NCBI GenBank assembly: GCA_003557645.1
Contig: PWNV01000020.1
Span: 14,328-78,327 of the forward strand
Reading direction: 5' to 3'
Source: Candidatus Nealsonbacteria bacterium
Lineage (GTDB): Bacteria; Patescibacteriota; Minisyncoccia; Minisyncoccales; PWPS01
DNA: 64,000 bases
This document shows positions 1-8,166 of the stretch, one piece after another. Position numbers and translations under genes: made by a program. The stretch's first letter is position 1. Each line of letters opens with the position of its first letter. Under the pieces are notes generated by a model. It did not search any database, was not told the origin of the DNA, and was given only the letters and a program-made list of their open reading frames with translations.

Positions 1-811
1 TCCACCCTGTTTTTCCTCCTATAATTCTTTCTTCCCATCCATTTTCTGCCGTAAACAGAAAGTCATTTGTGTTGCTAAAACTATAATAAGCATAACCACT
101 TGGTGAATAAAGTCTGTAATCTCTCATTGAAAGAATCTCAAAAATATCTGTTTCTGAAAGTGCATATATTGCCATCCTAGCAATGTCTTCCGCGGTAGAA
201 TAATTAACTCTACCGTTGTCATCAAGTCCGCTCTGATTAATAAACTTTGTATCTTTGAGGCCTATTTCACTTCCCTTTTCATTCATTTTTCTCACAAAAA
301 CTTCCACTGGTTTTTTAGTCTCATCTAAAAAACGGTTGCTAATCGAAGCAAGTGCAAACGCCGCACTATTATTAGACTCTATTAGTAACGGATATAGCAT
401 CTCGCTTATTCTCGTCTCTTCCCACGCACGAAAATCTCGAAACTCTGTTTGCATTAAAACTTTTTCCTCTTTGACACCCACTGGTTGTTCAATATCATAA
501 TTTTCCACAACAATAATCGCTGTCATAATCTTGGTGATGCTCGCGATCGGTAATACTAATTGTGGATTTTTCTCATAAAGAACCTTGTAGTCATCTCCGT
601 TTATATAAATAGAAAATGCCGCCGCTGCATCAATTTCTAAGGATTCTGACCCACTGACTTTCTTGGGATAGGATATCACTACTTCCTTTTCTTGTTCTTC
701 CTCGTTTTCCTGGATATTCTTCTCCTCTTTATTCGAAAATGCTAGCCCAAGAAGAAGTATAGCCACAACTCCAATTAAAACACTAACTAGTATTCTTTCT
801 CTCTCTTTCAT
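1..811 (-). CDS. D-alanyl-D-alanine carboxypeptidase (serine peptidase S11 / low-MW PBP); C-terminus runs off window start
   Basis: Absent from the ORF track because it is truncated. My minus-strand translation from ATG ~811 gives MKERERILVSVLIGVVAILLLGLAF (signal anchor), LPIASITKIMTA (SxxK), LIESNNSAA (SxN) and IIGGKTGW (KTG) at the window edge. It overlaps the aspS stop by ~29 nt. Confidence 0.8.
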   Translation of the reverse strand, partial: MKERERILVSVLIGVVAILLLGLAFSNKEEKNIQENEEEQEKEVVISYPKKVSGSESLEIDAAAAFSIYINGDDYKVLYEKNPQLVLPIASITKIMTAIIVVENYDIEQPVGVKEEKVLMQTEFRDFRAWEETRISEMLYPLLIESNNSAAFALASISNRFLDETKKPVEVFVRKMNEKGSEIGLKDTKFINQSGLDDNGRVNYSTAEDIARMAIYALSETDIFEILSMRDYRLYSPSGYAYYSFSNTNDFLFTAENGWEERIIGGKTGW

Positions 812-2189
812 TTTTTATTTCTATTTTTAATTCCTTTAACTGATCTTCGCTAATGTTAGAAGATGGAGACCCCATCATTAGCTCTCTACCATCTCCTGTC
901 TTCGGAAACGCCATAACCTCTCGAATGTTCTTTTCGCCCTGTAAAACCATCAAAAGACGTTCAAAGCCAAAGGCAATTCCACCGTGTGGAGGAACTCCAT
1001 AACTGAAGGCTTCAAAAAGATGCTTGAACTTTTGATCAATGTCTTGCTTTGAATGGCCCAAAACCTCAAAAACAGCCTGCAATACATCTAACTTGTGAGA
1101 CCTTAAGCTTCCACCTGCTATTTCATTCCCGTTTAAAACTAAGTCATACTGCAACGCCTTAATTTTACCAGGGTCTTTCTTAATTTCTTCTGCATTTTCT
1201 AGCGTTCTTGTGAAAGGGTGATGCACCGAGGTCCATTCTCCTTTTTCGTTCTTTTCAAACATTGGAAAATCAGTAACAAAAGCAAAAGCTAATTCCTTAT
1301 CATCGTTTTTGTTTTCTCTAAGGTCGGGAGAATCACAACCCCACTTTTCCATAGCTTCATTGTATGTAATTCTTGGGAACGGTTTCTTTTTAATCTTCTT
1401 TTGAGGAAAAAGAGATTCAATCATTTCAACCATCATTTCCTCTACTAACAATAATATTTCTTCTGTTTCCATGAAAGAAAACTCTATATCAAGTTGTGTG
1501 AATTCAGGTTGCCGGTCACCACGAAGGTCTTCATCACGAAAACATCTTGCAAACTGAAAATAATTTTCCATTCCACTCACCATGAGAAGTTGCTTGTACT
1601 GTTGCGGGCTTTGCGGTAGAGCATAGAAACTTCCGGGATGAATTCTGGAGGGAACCAAAAAATCTCTTGCACCCTCTGGCGTAGATTTAGTTAATATAGG
1701 AGTTTCAATTTCAGTGAAATCTTTTTCATATAAATAATTTCTTAAATAATGCATAACTTTATGACGCATCTTTAGATTTGTCTGCATTCTCTCGCGACGA
1801 AGATCAAGGTATCTATATTTCATTCTAATTTCTTCGTTAATCTCTCCACCATCACTACTTACAGAAAAAGGGGCTGTTTTTGCTTCCGATAATACGTTTA
1901 CCTCTTCTATCTCTATTTCAATTTCTCCCGTATCAATATCGGGATTTTTCATTTTTTCTGGTCTTTTTTTCACTTCTCCAACCAGCTCTACTACCCACTC
2001 TGGTCTCATCCTCTGAGCTATCTTATAACTATCAGTATCTGCCGTTATAACTGCTTGCACAATCCCAGACCGATCTCGAACATCAAAAAAAAGAAGACTA
2101 CCGTGCGCTCGAACAGAATTAATAAATCCGCAGATCCTGACTTTTTCCCCTACACAATGACTGGTATCTTTAATTAAAGTTCTTTTCAT
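783..2189 (-). CDS. aspS: aspartyl-tRNA synthetase, bacterial-type sequence without the GAD insertion domain
   Basis: 468-aa ORF with an N-terminal OB fold. Class II motifs are FYALPQSPQQYKQLLM, FARCFRDEDLRGDRQPEFTQLD (motif 2) and GGIAFGFERLLM (motif 3). Confidence 0.93.
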   Translation of the reverse strand: MKRTLIKDTSHCVGEKVRICGFINSVRAHGSLLFFDVRDRSGIVQAVITADTDSYKIAQRMRPEWVVELVGEVKKRPEKMKNPDIDTGEIEIEIEEVNVLSEAKTAPFSVSSDGGEINEEIRMKYRYLDLRRERMQTNLKMRHKVMHYLRNYLYEKDFTEIETPILTKSTPEGARDFLVPSRIHPGSFYALPQSPQQYKQLLMVSGMENYFQFARCFRDEDLRGDRQPEFTQLDIEFSFMETEEILLLVEEMMVEMIESLFPQKKIKKKPFPRITYNEAMEKWGCDSPDLRENKNDDKELAFAFVTDFPMFEKNEKGEWTSVHHPFTRTLENAEEIKKDPGKIKALQYDLVLNGNEIAGGSLRSHKLDVLQAVFEVLGHSKQDIDQKFKHLFEAFSYGVPPHGGIAFGFERLLMVLQGEKNIREVMAFPKTGDGRELMMGSPSSNISEDQLKELKIEIKNERERKNTS

Positions 2190-2214
2190 GATTATTAAAT
2201 AGTAAGAGCAGACT

Positions 2215-2586
2215 CTACTCTTTTATATATTTATTTATTTTCATTAAAATTTCCTCTGGAGGGTGATCCCCTTTAACCACATAATCCTTTACACCAAGAT
2301 CAACCGCTTTCTTTTCCATCTCTTTGCTATCGCGATTAGAAAGGACTATGACTGGAGTAAAGGATATCTCATCTTCCCGTCGTAAATTTTCCAAAAACTC
2401 AATTCCTTCTTCGTGAGTAAGCATAATATCAAAAATAATCAAATCCGGCCTTATTTTTAATGCTATTCTCATCCCCTCCTCTGCACTAACAGTATAATAA
2501 ACATCAAAACCCTCTTGCATGAGTTTATTCTTATAAAAGTCTGCCACCATCTTTTCGTCTTCGATGATAAGTATTTTTTTTCGCAT
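2215..2586 (-). CDS. stand-alone CheY-like response regulator receiver domain
   Basis: 123 aa with acidic pocket IIEDE, phospho-acceptor Asp in LIIFDIML, VLSN and VVKG. There is no output domain and no histidine kinase in the window. Confidence 0.85.
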   Translation of the reverse strand: MRKKILIIEDEKMVADFYKNKLMQEGFDVYYTVSAEEGMRIALKIRPDLIIFDIMLTHEEGIEFLENLRREDEISFTPVIVLSNRDSKEMEKKAVDLGVKDYVVKGDHPPEEILMKINKYIKE

Positions 2587-2629
2587 ATAATTTTCTACTT
2601 TGAGATACTTACTGCTCTCACATTATACA

Positions 2630-2662
2630 ATAGAAGAAAAAAGAGCGCAAAAGCGCTCTCTT
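2630..2662 (-). terminator. rho-independent terminator after tig
   Basis: Perfect hairpin AGAGCGC-AAAA-GCGCTCT (~2642..2659), followed on the minus strand by TTTTTTCTTC. Confidence 0.7.
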
Positions 2663-2681
2663 CATTTTTTTGTCACTATTT

Positions 2682-3980
2682 TTACTCTTCAAGTGACAAA
2701 ACTTTGAATACTTTTTGATTTTTGATCACATCGTAAATATAAGCGCGCATCTTTTCCAAATTTTCTTCTTTTTCCTCTTCCTTTTTTCTTCCCGTTGCAT
2801 TGAAATGTCTATCAACTTCCGCATCTATCTCCTCATCAGTTACTTTAACGTCCTCCTTATCGCTTATTGCGTGTAAAATTAAAGCGTAGGCAACGTTTTC
2901 TTCTGCTTTTTTTCTTGATTCTTTTCTGATGTCCTCCTCCTTTTTCCCAATCTGGCTTAAGTAGTCTTCAAAAGAAATTCCACCTTGGCTAACCTGATGT
3001 TTAAGGTTGTTGATTATATTATCAAGCTCCTTGTCAATTAAGACTTCTGGTATCTCAAAGCTTGTTTCCTTTCGAATATTTTCCATTACCTTAATTTTTT
3101 TTCTTTCTTTTTCTTTTGATTTTTTCTCTGCCTCAAGTCCTTCTTTAACTTTTGTTTTCAGCTGTTCAAGATTTTCTATGTTTGGCAGTGATTTAGCAAA
3201 TTCCTCATTTATCTCCGGCACTTCGCGCTCCATCACAGACAACATCTCTACTTCAATGTCAACTTCTTCCTCCTTAGGAGCTTCCTTACTTCCCGTCATA
3301 TGAGGCAGTTTCAAAGAAAACCCTTTTTTTTCACCTCCCTTCATTCCGTAAATCTCTTCTTCAAGACCTTTTAGTGCATCTAGCTCTCCTTTTCCAAGGT
3401 TAAGCCTAAAATCTTTTTCCTCTATTTTTTTGTCACTTTTCTCCTTGAAAGATCCAGTGAAATTAATAATAACTGTATCACCCTTTTTAGCTTCCCTCTC
3501 AACTTTTTCTGTTTTTGCTCTTGTTTCTCTAATTCTGTCTAAAGTGGCTTCTACCTCTTTTTCATCTACCTTTACTTCTCTCCCCTCTTCCTTCGCTATC
3601 TTGTTAGCAATTTCCTTGTATTCTGGAAGTTTTATTTCTGGCAAAACAAAAACTTGCGCTTTGTAAGTAACCTCATTTCCAGGAGCACATTTAATTATTT
3701 CAACTTGTGGCTGTGATACTGTAAAAAGATTTTTTTCTTCAATAATTTTTGGGTAAGTTTCCTGAATAGCTTCTCTTGCCGCTTCTTCCCAAAGCTTTTC
3801 CTTTCCTACAGAGTTTTCAACGACCTCTCTTGGCGCATTCCCTGGTCGAAATCCCTTCACATTCATCTCAGAAGAAAGTTGTTTTGCAGCTTTCTCTAAA
3901 TATTCGTTCATCTCGTCCACTGATATAGTGACTTCTATTTCTTTTTTTGTTTCCGATTTTTCATGAATTTTAACTTCCAT
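2682..3980 (-). CDS. tig: trigger factor
   Basis: 432-aa ORF with the N-terminal ribosome-binding signature GFRPGNAP, followed by PPIase-like and C-terminal arm regions. Confidence 0.92.
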   Translation of the reverse strand: MEVKIHEKSETKKEIEVTISVDEMNEYLEKAAKQLSSEMNVKGFRPGNAPREVVENSVGKEKLWEEAAREAIQETYPKIIEEKNLFTVSQPQVEIIKCAPGNEVTYKAQVFVLPEIKLPEYKEIANKIAKEEGREVKVDEKEVEATLDRIRETRAKTEKVEREAKKGDTVIINFTGSFKEKSDKKIEEKDFRLNLGKGELDALKGLEEEIYGMKGGEKKGFSLKLPHMTGSKEAPKEEEVDIEVEMLSVMEREVPEINEEFAKSLPNIENLEQLKTKVKEGLEAEKKSKEKERKKIKVMENIRKETSFEIPEVLIDKELDNIINNLKHQVSQGGISFEDYLSQIGKKEEDIRKESRKKAEENVAYALILHAISDKEDVKVTDEEIDAEVDRHFNATGRKKEEEKEENLEKMRAYIYDVIKNQKVFKVLSLEE

Positions 3981-4039
3981 ATTGTTTTTTATTTATTAGA
4001 TTTAAGCGTATTTGGGATATTATCATAATTTAAAGAAAT

Positions 4040-4080
4040 GTAAACAAAACAAAAACCGTCGAAATAAACTACGGTTTTTG
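4040..4080 (-). terminator. rho-independent terminator after the 69-aa acidic gene
   Basis: Stem AAAACCGT (~4052..4059) pairs with ACGGTTTT (~4071..4078). On the minus strand it is followed by TTTTTGTTTTGTTT. Confidence 0.65.
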
Positions 4081-4091
4081 TCTTTTGAGAT

Positions 4092-4301
4092 CTACTCTCC
4101 CCACTTTTCGGTATCATCGTCATCTTCTTCCTCCTCCTCTACTTCACTCTCTTCAACTTCTTCGGTAACTTCTTCTAGCGGCTCCTCTCTTGTTTCTTCT
4201 ACTTGAGGTTCTTTTTCCTTTGGCGTTTCTTGCTTGTTCATCATATACCAAACCACAGCACCCACCAACAAAATTATTCCTAAAATTAACCAAATTGGCA
4301 T
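4092..4301 (-). CDS. membrane-anchored hyperacidic microprotein (69 aa)
   Basis: N-terminal TM helix IWLILGIILLVGAVVWYMM, then acidic tail EEVTEEVEESEVEEEEEDDDDTEKWGE. It has its own terminator. Confidence 0.6.
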   Translation of the reverse strand: MPIWLILGIILLVGAVVWYMMNKQETPKEKEPQVEETREEPLEEVTEEVEESEVEEEEEDDDDTEKWGE

Positions 4302-4325
4302 GATTTATATACGTTATAGTTTAAA

Positions 4326-4334
4326 TCGACCTTG
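4326..4334 (-). promoter_or_regulatory. AAGGTCG box (CAAGGTCGA), 24 nt upstream of the 69-aa gene ATG
   Basis: Minus-strand reading is GGGATTCAAGGTCGATTTAAACTATAACGTATATAAATC-ATG. This is the weakest of the five copies and lies in the last codons of murC. Confidence 0.35.
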
Positions 4335-4340
4335 AATCCC

Positions 4341-5630
4341 TCACGAAGAAATTATATCTATGAGGTGATAAATATCTCCTGCCCCCATTATAATAAGAAT
4401 TTCGTTTTCTTGCAACACCTCAAGCAAATAATTCTCCGCTTTTTTTAAATCACCGACATAAACTGAATTCTCTATACGATCCCTTAACATTTCTGCATTA
4501 ACTTTCTTTTTGATTTCTACGGCCTCTCTCCCTGGAACTGTGTAAATATCTGTAATTAAAAATCTATCTACCGGCAGTTCTTGCAACTTAGAAACGAATG
4601 AAGAAAAAAGACGATAAGTTCTTTCGTATTGATGAGGCTGAAACAACGCAGTAATTTTTTCCTGAGGATACTTCTCCCTCGCAGCCTCCAGGGTAGCTCT
4701 CACCTCGGTAGGGTGATGAGCATAGTCATTTATGACTTTTATCTTTTTTCCATTCTTTAGCTCTATATTTTTTTCTTCAAATCTTCTCCACGTACCTTTG
4801 AAATTTTCAAGCCCTTTTCTTATTGTATCTTTTTTAATTCCTAAAACACGACTTGCAGAAAAAACTGCAAGAGCGTTATAGAGGTTGTGCTTTCCTGGAA
4901 CAGATAACTTTAACTTTTCTTTCCTTTTCATGCCATACTTTACAATCTTAGCATCAATACTTTCTTCTAGTAGTGCTAAGCTGTTTTCATCGTCTTCGTT
5001 TAAAATAAGAGTGCCTTCTTTTAGATTGCTTCTAACATATTTGTTAAAAACCTGAATAATGCTTTCTATGTTTGGATAGAAATCAAGATGATCTTCTTCG
5101 ATATTAGTAATAATCGCTATCTCTGGATAATAATTTAAAAGAGACGCTTTCCACTCGTCTGCTTCAATAAGTAAATACTTTGACTTTCCCCTTCGATAGT
5201 TGGTCCCATTAAATTCTTTTAATTTTGTTCCAACGATAACGGTAGGATCAAGCCCAGCAGCTATCATTACGAGAGCCATCATGGAAGTTGTTGTGCTTTT
5301 ACCATGTGTTCCCGAAACAGCTATTGTATAATATTTTTTTGTAAGTTCTCCCAGTGCTTCCGGAGAACTTTGTGTCAGAATGCCGATCTTTTTGGCTTTT
5401 TTTATCTCTGGATTCTCTTTTGAAATTGCATTGCTGTAAATTAAAAGATCTACATCATCTGACAAGTTCTCTTCTGAATGCCCCCTAAAAACGGTCATAC
5501 CAACATCTTCCAATTCTGGGCATGAGTTTAAATCAGAGCCGGTAACTTTAAATCCCTCAGCAAAAAAATGCCTAGCAAGAGAAGAAACTCCTATTCCCCC
5601 AATTCCTACAAAATGAATGCTTTTTTTCAT
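4341..5630 (-). CDS. murC: UDP-N-acetylmuramate--L-alanine ligase
   Basis: 429 aa with HFVGIGGIGVSSLARHF, P-loop GTHGKSTTTSM and Mur ligase middle and C-terminal domains. Confidence 0.92.
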   Translation of the reverse strand: MKKSIHFVGIGGIGVSSLARHFFAEGFKVTGSDLNSCPELEDVGMTVFRGHSEENLSDDVDLLIYSNAISKENPEIKKAKKIGILTQSSPEALGELTKKYYTIAVSGTHGKSTTTSMMALVMIAAGLDPTVIVGTKLKEFNGTNYRRGKSKYLLIEADEWKASLLNYYPEIAIITNIEEDHLDFYPNIESIIQVFNKYVRSNLKEGTLILNEDDENSLALLEESIDAKIVKYGMKRKEKLKLSVPGKHNLYNALAVFSASRVLGIKKDTIRKGLENFKGTWRRFEEKNIELKNGKKIKVINDYAHHPTEVRATLEAAREKYPQEKITALFQPHQYERTYRLFSSFVSKLQELPVDRFLITDIYTVPGREAVEIKKKVNAEMLRDRIENSVYVGDLKKAENYLLEVLQENEILIIMGAGDIYHLIDIISS

Positions 5631-6184
5631 GATAATTTAAAACTAGAAATTACTTTATGTTCCGGTCCTCCCCGTTTTAATCTGCTCTCCATGAGATCAA
5701 ATGAATCAACGCGAAAATTAAGATCAATCCCCTCCTCTAATATTGGTATTTGTGAAATTGACAACCTACGTAAGTCCCATTCTCTTATTCTTCCTAAGGT
5801 AATATGAGGGGAAAAATCATTTTTCCCTGGAAGATAGATATCTACTTTCTCTTCAACTTTTTTTTGCAAAAATTCTAATTCTTTGCTTTCTCCTGCTGCC
5901 CATATCATTTTTGCCTTTCTTCTCTCTGGTGGAAAATAAGTTATTCCACTTATAAAAAAATTAAATGCTTTTCCCTCAACCTCTCTTAATCTTCCCTCTA
6001 AATCACTTACATCTTCTTTCTTAATATTTCCCAGAAATGCCAAAGTAATATGCATACACTCTTTTTTTGTCCACTTTACAACATTACAATCAAAGAGTTG
6101 CTCTATCTCCTTCTGCCTTTCCTCTAGCTTTTCTCTGATCTTTAAAGGAATGTTTATTGCAATAAAAATTCTCATATAACGCAT
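5627..6184 (-). CDS. thpR: RNA 2',3'-cyclic phosphodiesterase / 2'-5' RNA ligase (2H phosphoesterase)
   Basis: 185 aa with both HxT/S motifs (HITLAFLG, HITLGRI). It overlaps murC by 4 nt. Confidence 0.85.
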   Translation of the reverse strand: MRYMRIFIAINIPLKIREKLEERQKEIEQLFDCNVVKWTKKECMHITLAFLGNIKKEDVSDLEGRLREVEGKAFNFFISGITYFPPERRKAKMIWAAGESKELEFLQKKVEEKVDIYLPGKNDFSPHITLGRIREWDLRRLSISQIPILEEGIDLNFRVDSFDLMESRLKRGGPEHKVISSFKLS

Positions 6185-6237
6185 TATGACAAAAAATAAA
6201 TTATCTACAAGGAAAATTTCAAAAAGACCAATTAATG

Positions 6238-6246
6238 TGATACAAT
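6238..6246 (+). promoter_or_regulatory. extended -10 promoter (TGaTACAAT) 6 nt before the ATG; candidate leaderless transcript
   Basis: The sequence aatgTGaTACAATgcagtcATG places the predicted TSS on or next to the A of ATG 6253. Confidence 0.5.
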
Positions 6247-6252
6247 GCAGTC

Positions 6253-6543
6253 ATGAAAATCAAAATAACCTCCTTTCAAGGTAATATTATAAACACATTA
6301 CGCAAAGCCGGATATAGCCCAGAGACAAGAGGAACAAAAAAGGAAATTTCTTTTTTACGACCAATTCGCGGATCAAGATATCCCCGTTTTCATGTTTACT
6401 ATAACCTTGAAAAAAAGGAATTAAATCTTCACTTTGACCAAAAAGCTCCACAGTACAAAAATGCTCCCGATCACGGCGCAGAATATGACGGAAAGTTAGT
6501 AGAAAAAGAAGCGGAAAGGATCATTTCTTTTATTTTTCCTTAA
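6253..6543 (+). CDS. hypothetical protein (96 aa)
   Basis: ORF with a good promoter. I recognise no family. Notable segment: RYPRFHVYYNLEKKELNLHFDQKAPQYKNAPDHGAEYDG. Confidence 0.6.
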   Translation: MKIKITSFQGNIINTLRKAGYSPETRGTKKEISFLRPIRGSRYPRFHVYYNLEKKELNLHFDQKAPQYKNAPDHGAEYDGKLVEKEAERIISFIFP

Positions 6544-6545
6544 AT

Positions 6546-7235
6546 ATGAACTCCCTAGATAAAAATTTTTCAAATTTTTTAGATGACCTTAAAAAGAAAG
6601 GCTATGCTCAGTCTACAATCAAAAGAAAAGAAAGGCATCTCTCTAACTTCATAAACTGGTTACAAGAAGAGGGCTTTAAACATGTCTCTGCAAAGGAAAT
6701 AGAAGAAGAGCATGTTAAGAAATACTTAAAATCATTAAAGGTAAAATCAGGAAATGAAATCTTGAAGACGATTATACTATTTTTACAGTCTTCGGGAAAT
6801 GAAAAGGTGTTTCTAAAAAACGAAGAAACTGATATTCAAAAAATAATAAATCATTATTTTCAAACAAAGGGATACTCTCTGGAAGACGTCAAAGAAAGTG
6901 CACGAAAAAGAAAGATAATTTATTCACGTTACACGAAGCCATCAAGAGACCTCCTTGAACTTGCTGGTTCTGTCGAAAAAGCAAAAGAAGCGATAAATAA
7001 GGTTGCTCAATGGGCGGACTCCAGAAATCTTGATTATGCAATTGAAACCGTCTTCAAAAAATGGCCAGAAATTAATAAATTAAAACCAAAAGAAAAAAAG
7101 AAAAAACCATATTTCTATAATGATCCAATGATTTGGTCAAAAACAAAAAATAAATGGTATGTTATAAGTAGCTCCGGAGACTGGCTTGAGTTTGCCGGAA
7201 AAGAAGAAGAAATAGAGTGGAGACTTGAGGATTAA
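6546..7235 (+). CDS. protein with tyrosine-recombinase-type N-terminal SAM-like (core-binding) domain only
   Basis: 229 aa. The N-terminus KGYAQSTIKRKERHLSNFINWLQEEGFKHVSAKEIEEEHVKKYLKSL resembles a Xer/integrase core-binding domain. The C-terminal half is unrecognised and there is no catalytic RHRY domain. Confidence 0.55.
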   Translation: MNSLDKNFSNFLDDLKKKGYAQSTIKRKERHLSNFINWLQEEGFKHVSAKEIEEEHVKKYLKSLKVKSGNEILKTIILFLQSSGNEKVFLKNEETDIQKIINHYFQTKGYSLEDVKESARKRKIIYSRYTKPSRDLLELAGSVEKAKEAINKVAQWADSRNLDYAIETVFKKWPEINKLKPKEKKKKPYFYNDPMIWSKTKNKWYVISSSGDWLEFAGKEEEIEWRLED

Positions 7236-7239
7236 AAAT

Positions 7240-8166
7240 ATGAAAATAATATTTGCAAGTAATTCTAACTTTGGCTTAATGGTGTCTGAAAAGTTGCTTA
7301 AAAGCAAAATATCTTTAACCAAAATTATTACTTTTCCAGACAAAAAAATTGGTCGAGGACAAAAAAAAGAACCTCTTCCCCTAAAAAAATTTGGTATAAG
7401 AAACAATATTCCGATAGAAGAAGTTGATAATATAATACACTTTCATGATGTGATAGAAAAAGAAAAGGCCGATATAGTCGTTGTTGCTTCCTTTGGTTTA
7501 ATTATTCCAAAAAAAACACTAAGCCTTGGCAGTAAATTCATAAATATCCATCCCTCCCTTCTCCCTAAATATCGCGGTCCAACACCAATTCAAACCAGTA
7601 TTGTTAATGGAGATCAAAAAAGCGGAGTAACCCTTCTTTTTATGGACGAGAAGATAGATCATGGTCCCATTATTGATCAAAGAAAAGTTATTTTCCATCA
7701 AAAAATAAAGTATGAAGAAGCAGAGAAACTTCTAGCACAAGAAGGAGGAGATCTTTTTACAGAAAAATTACCCATTTTAAAAGAGAAAACAAACGCTACA
7801 CCTCAGAGAGAAGAAGAAGCAACATACACCAACCTACTGACAAAGAGAAGTGGGCTAATTAACTGGAATGAAAGTGCAAAAATTATTGAAAGAAAAGTTA
7901 GAGCATATAACCCTTGGCCAGGGACTCACACTAAGGTCAACTGTAAAAATTTAAAAATATTAGAAGCAGATGTTCAGCTACAAACAGAAAACTGTCCCTC
8001 TGGGGTTCCAGGAAAGTTGTATCTTGGCACAAACAACACTCTTGCCGTGCAAACTGGTAAAAACTTTCTTTTGATTAAAAAATTACAACTAGAAGGAAAA
8101 AACCCTACTACTTCAAAGGAATTTCTACAAGGAAATATTAGCATCATAGGGTCGACTCTCTCTTAG
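7240..8166 (+). CDS. fmt: methionyl-tRNA formyltransferase
   Basis: ORF 7225..8166. I prefer the internal Met at 7240 (MKIIFASNSNFG), which removes the overlap. The formyltransferase core is HPSLLPKYRGPTPIQ, with a C-terminal tRNA-binding domain. Confidence 0.9.
   Translation: MKIIFASNSNFGLMVSEKLLKSKISLTKIITFPDKKIGRGQKKEPLPLKKFGIRNNIPIEEVDNIIHFHDVIEKEKADIVVVASFGLIIPKKTLSLGSKFINIHPSLLPKYRGPTPIQTSIVNGDQKSGVTLLFMDEKIDHGPIIDQRKVIFHQKIKYEEAEKLLAQEGGDLFTEKLPILKEKTNATPQREEEATYTNLLTKRSGLINWNESAKIIERKVRAYNPWPGTHTKVNCKNLKILEADVQLQTENCPSGVPGKLYLGTNNTLAVQTGKNFLLIKKLQLEGKNPTTSKEFLQGNISIIGSTLS

Noticed and set aside
255-500. 81-aa plus-strand ORF at the window start
   Set aside because: It lies antisense inside the truncated D-Ala-D-Ala carboxypeptidase gene, whose SxxK/SxN/KTG motifs validate the minus frame.
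6546-7235. Integrase or mobile element call
   Set aside because: Only the N-terminal core-binding-like domain is present. There is no catalytic tyrosine-recombinase domain, no flanking repeats and no other mobile-element genes.
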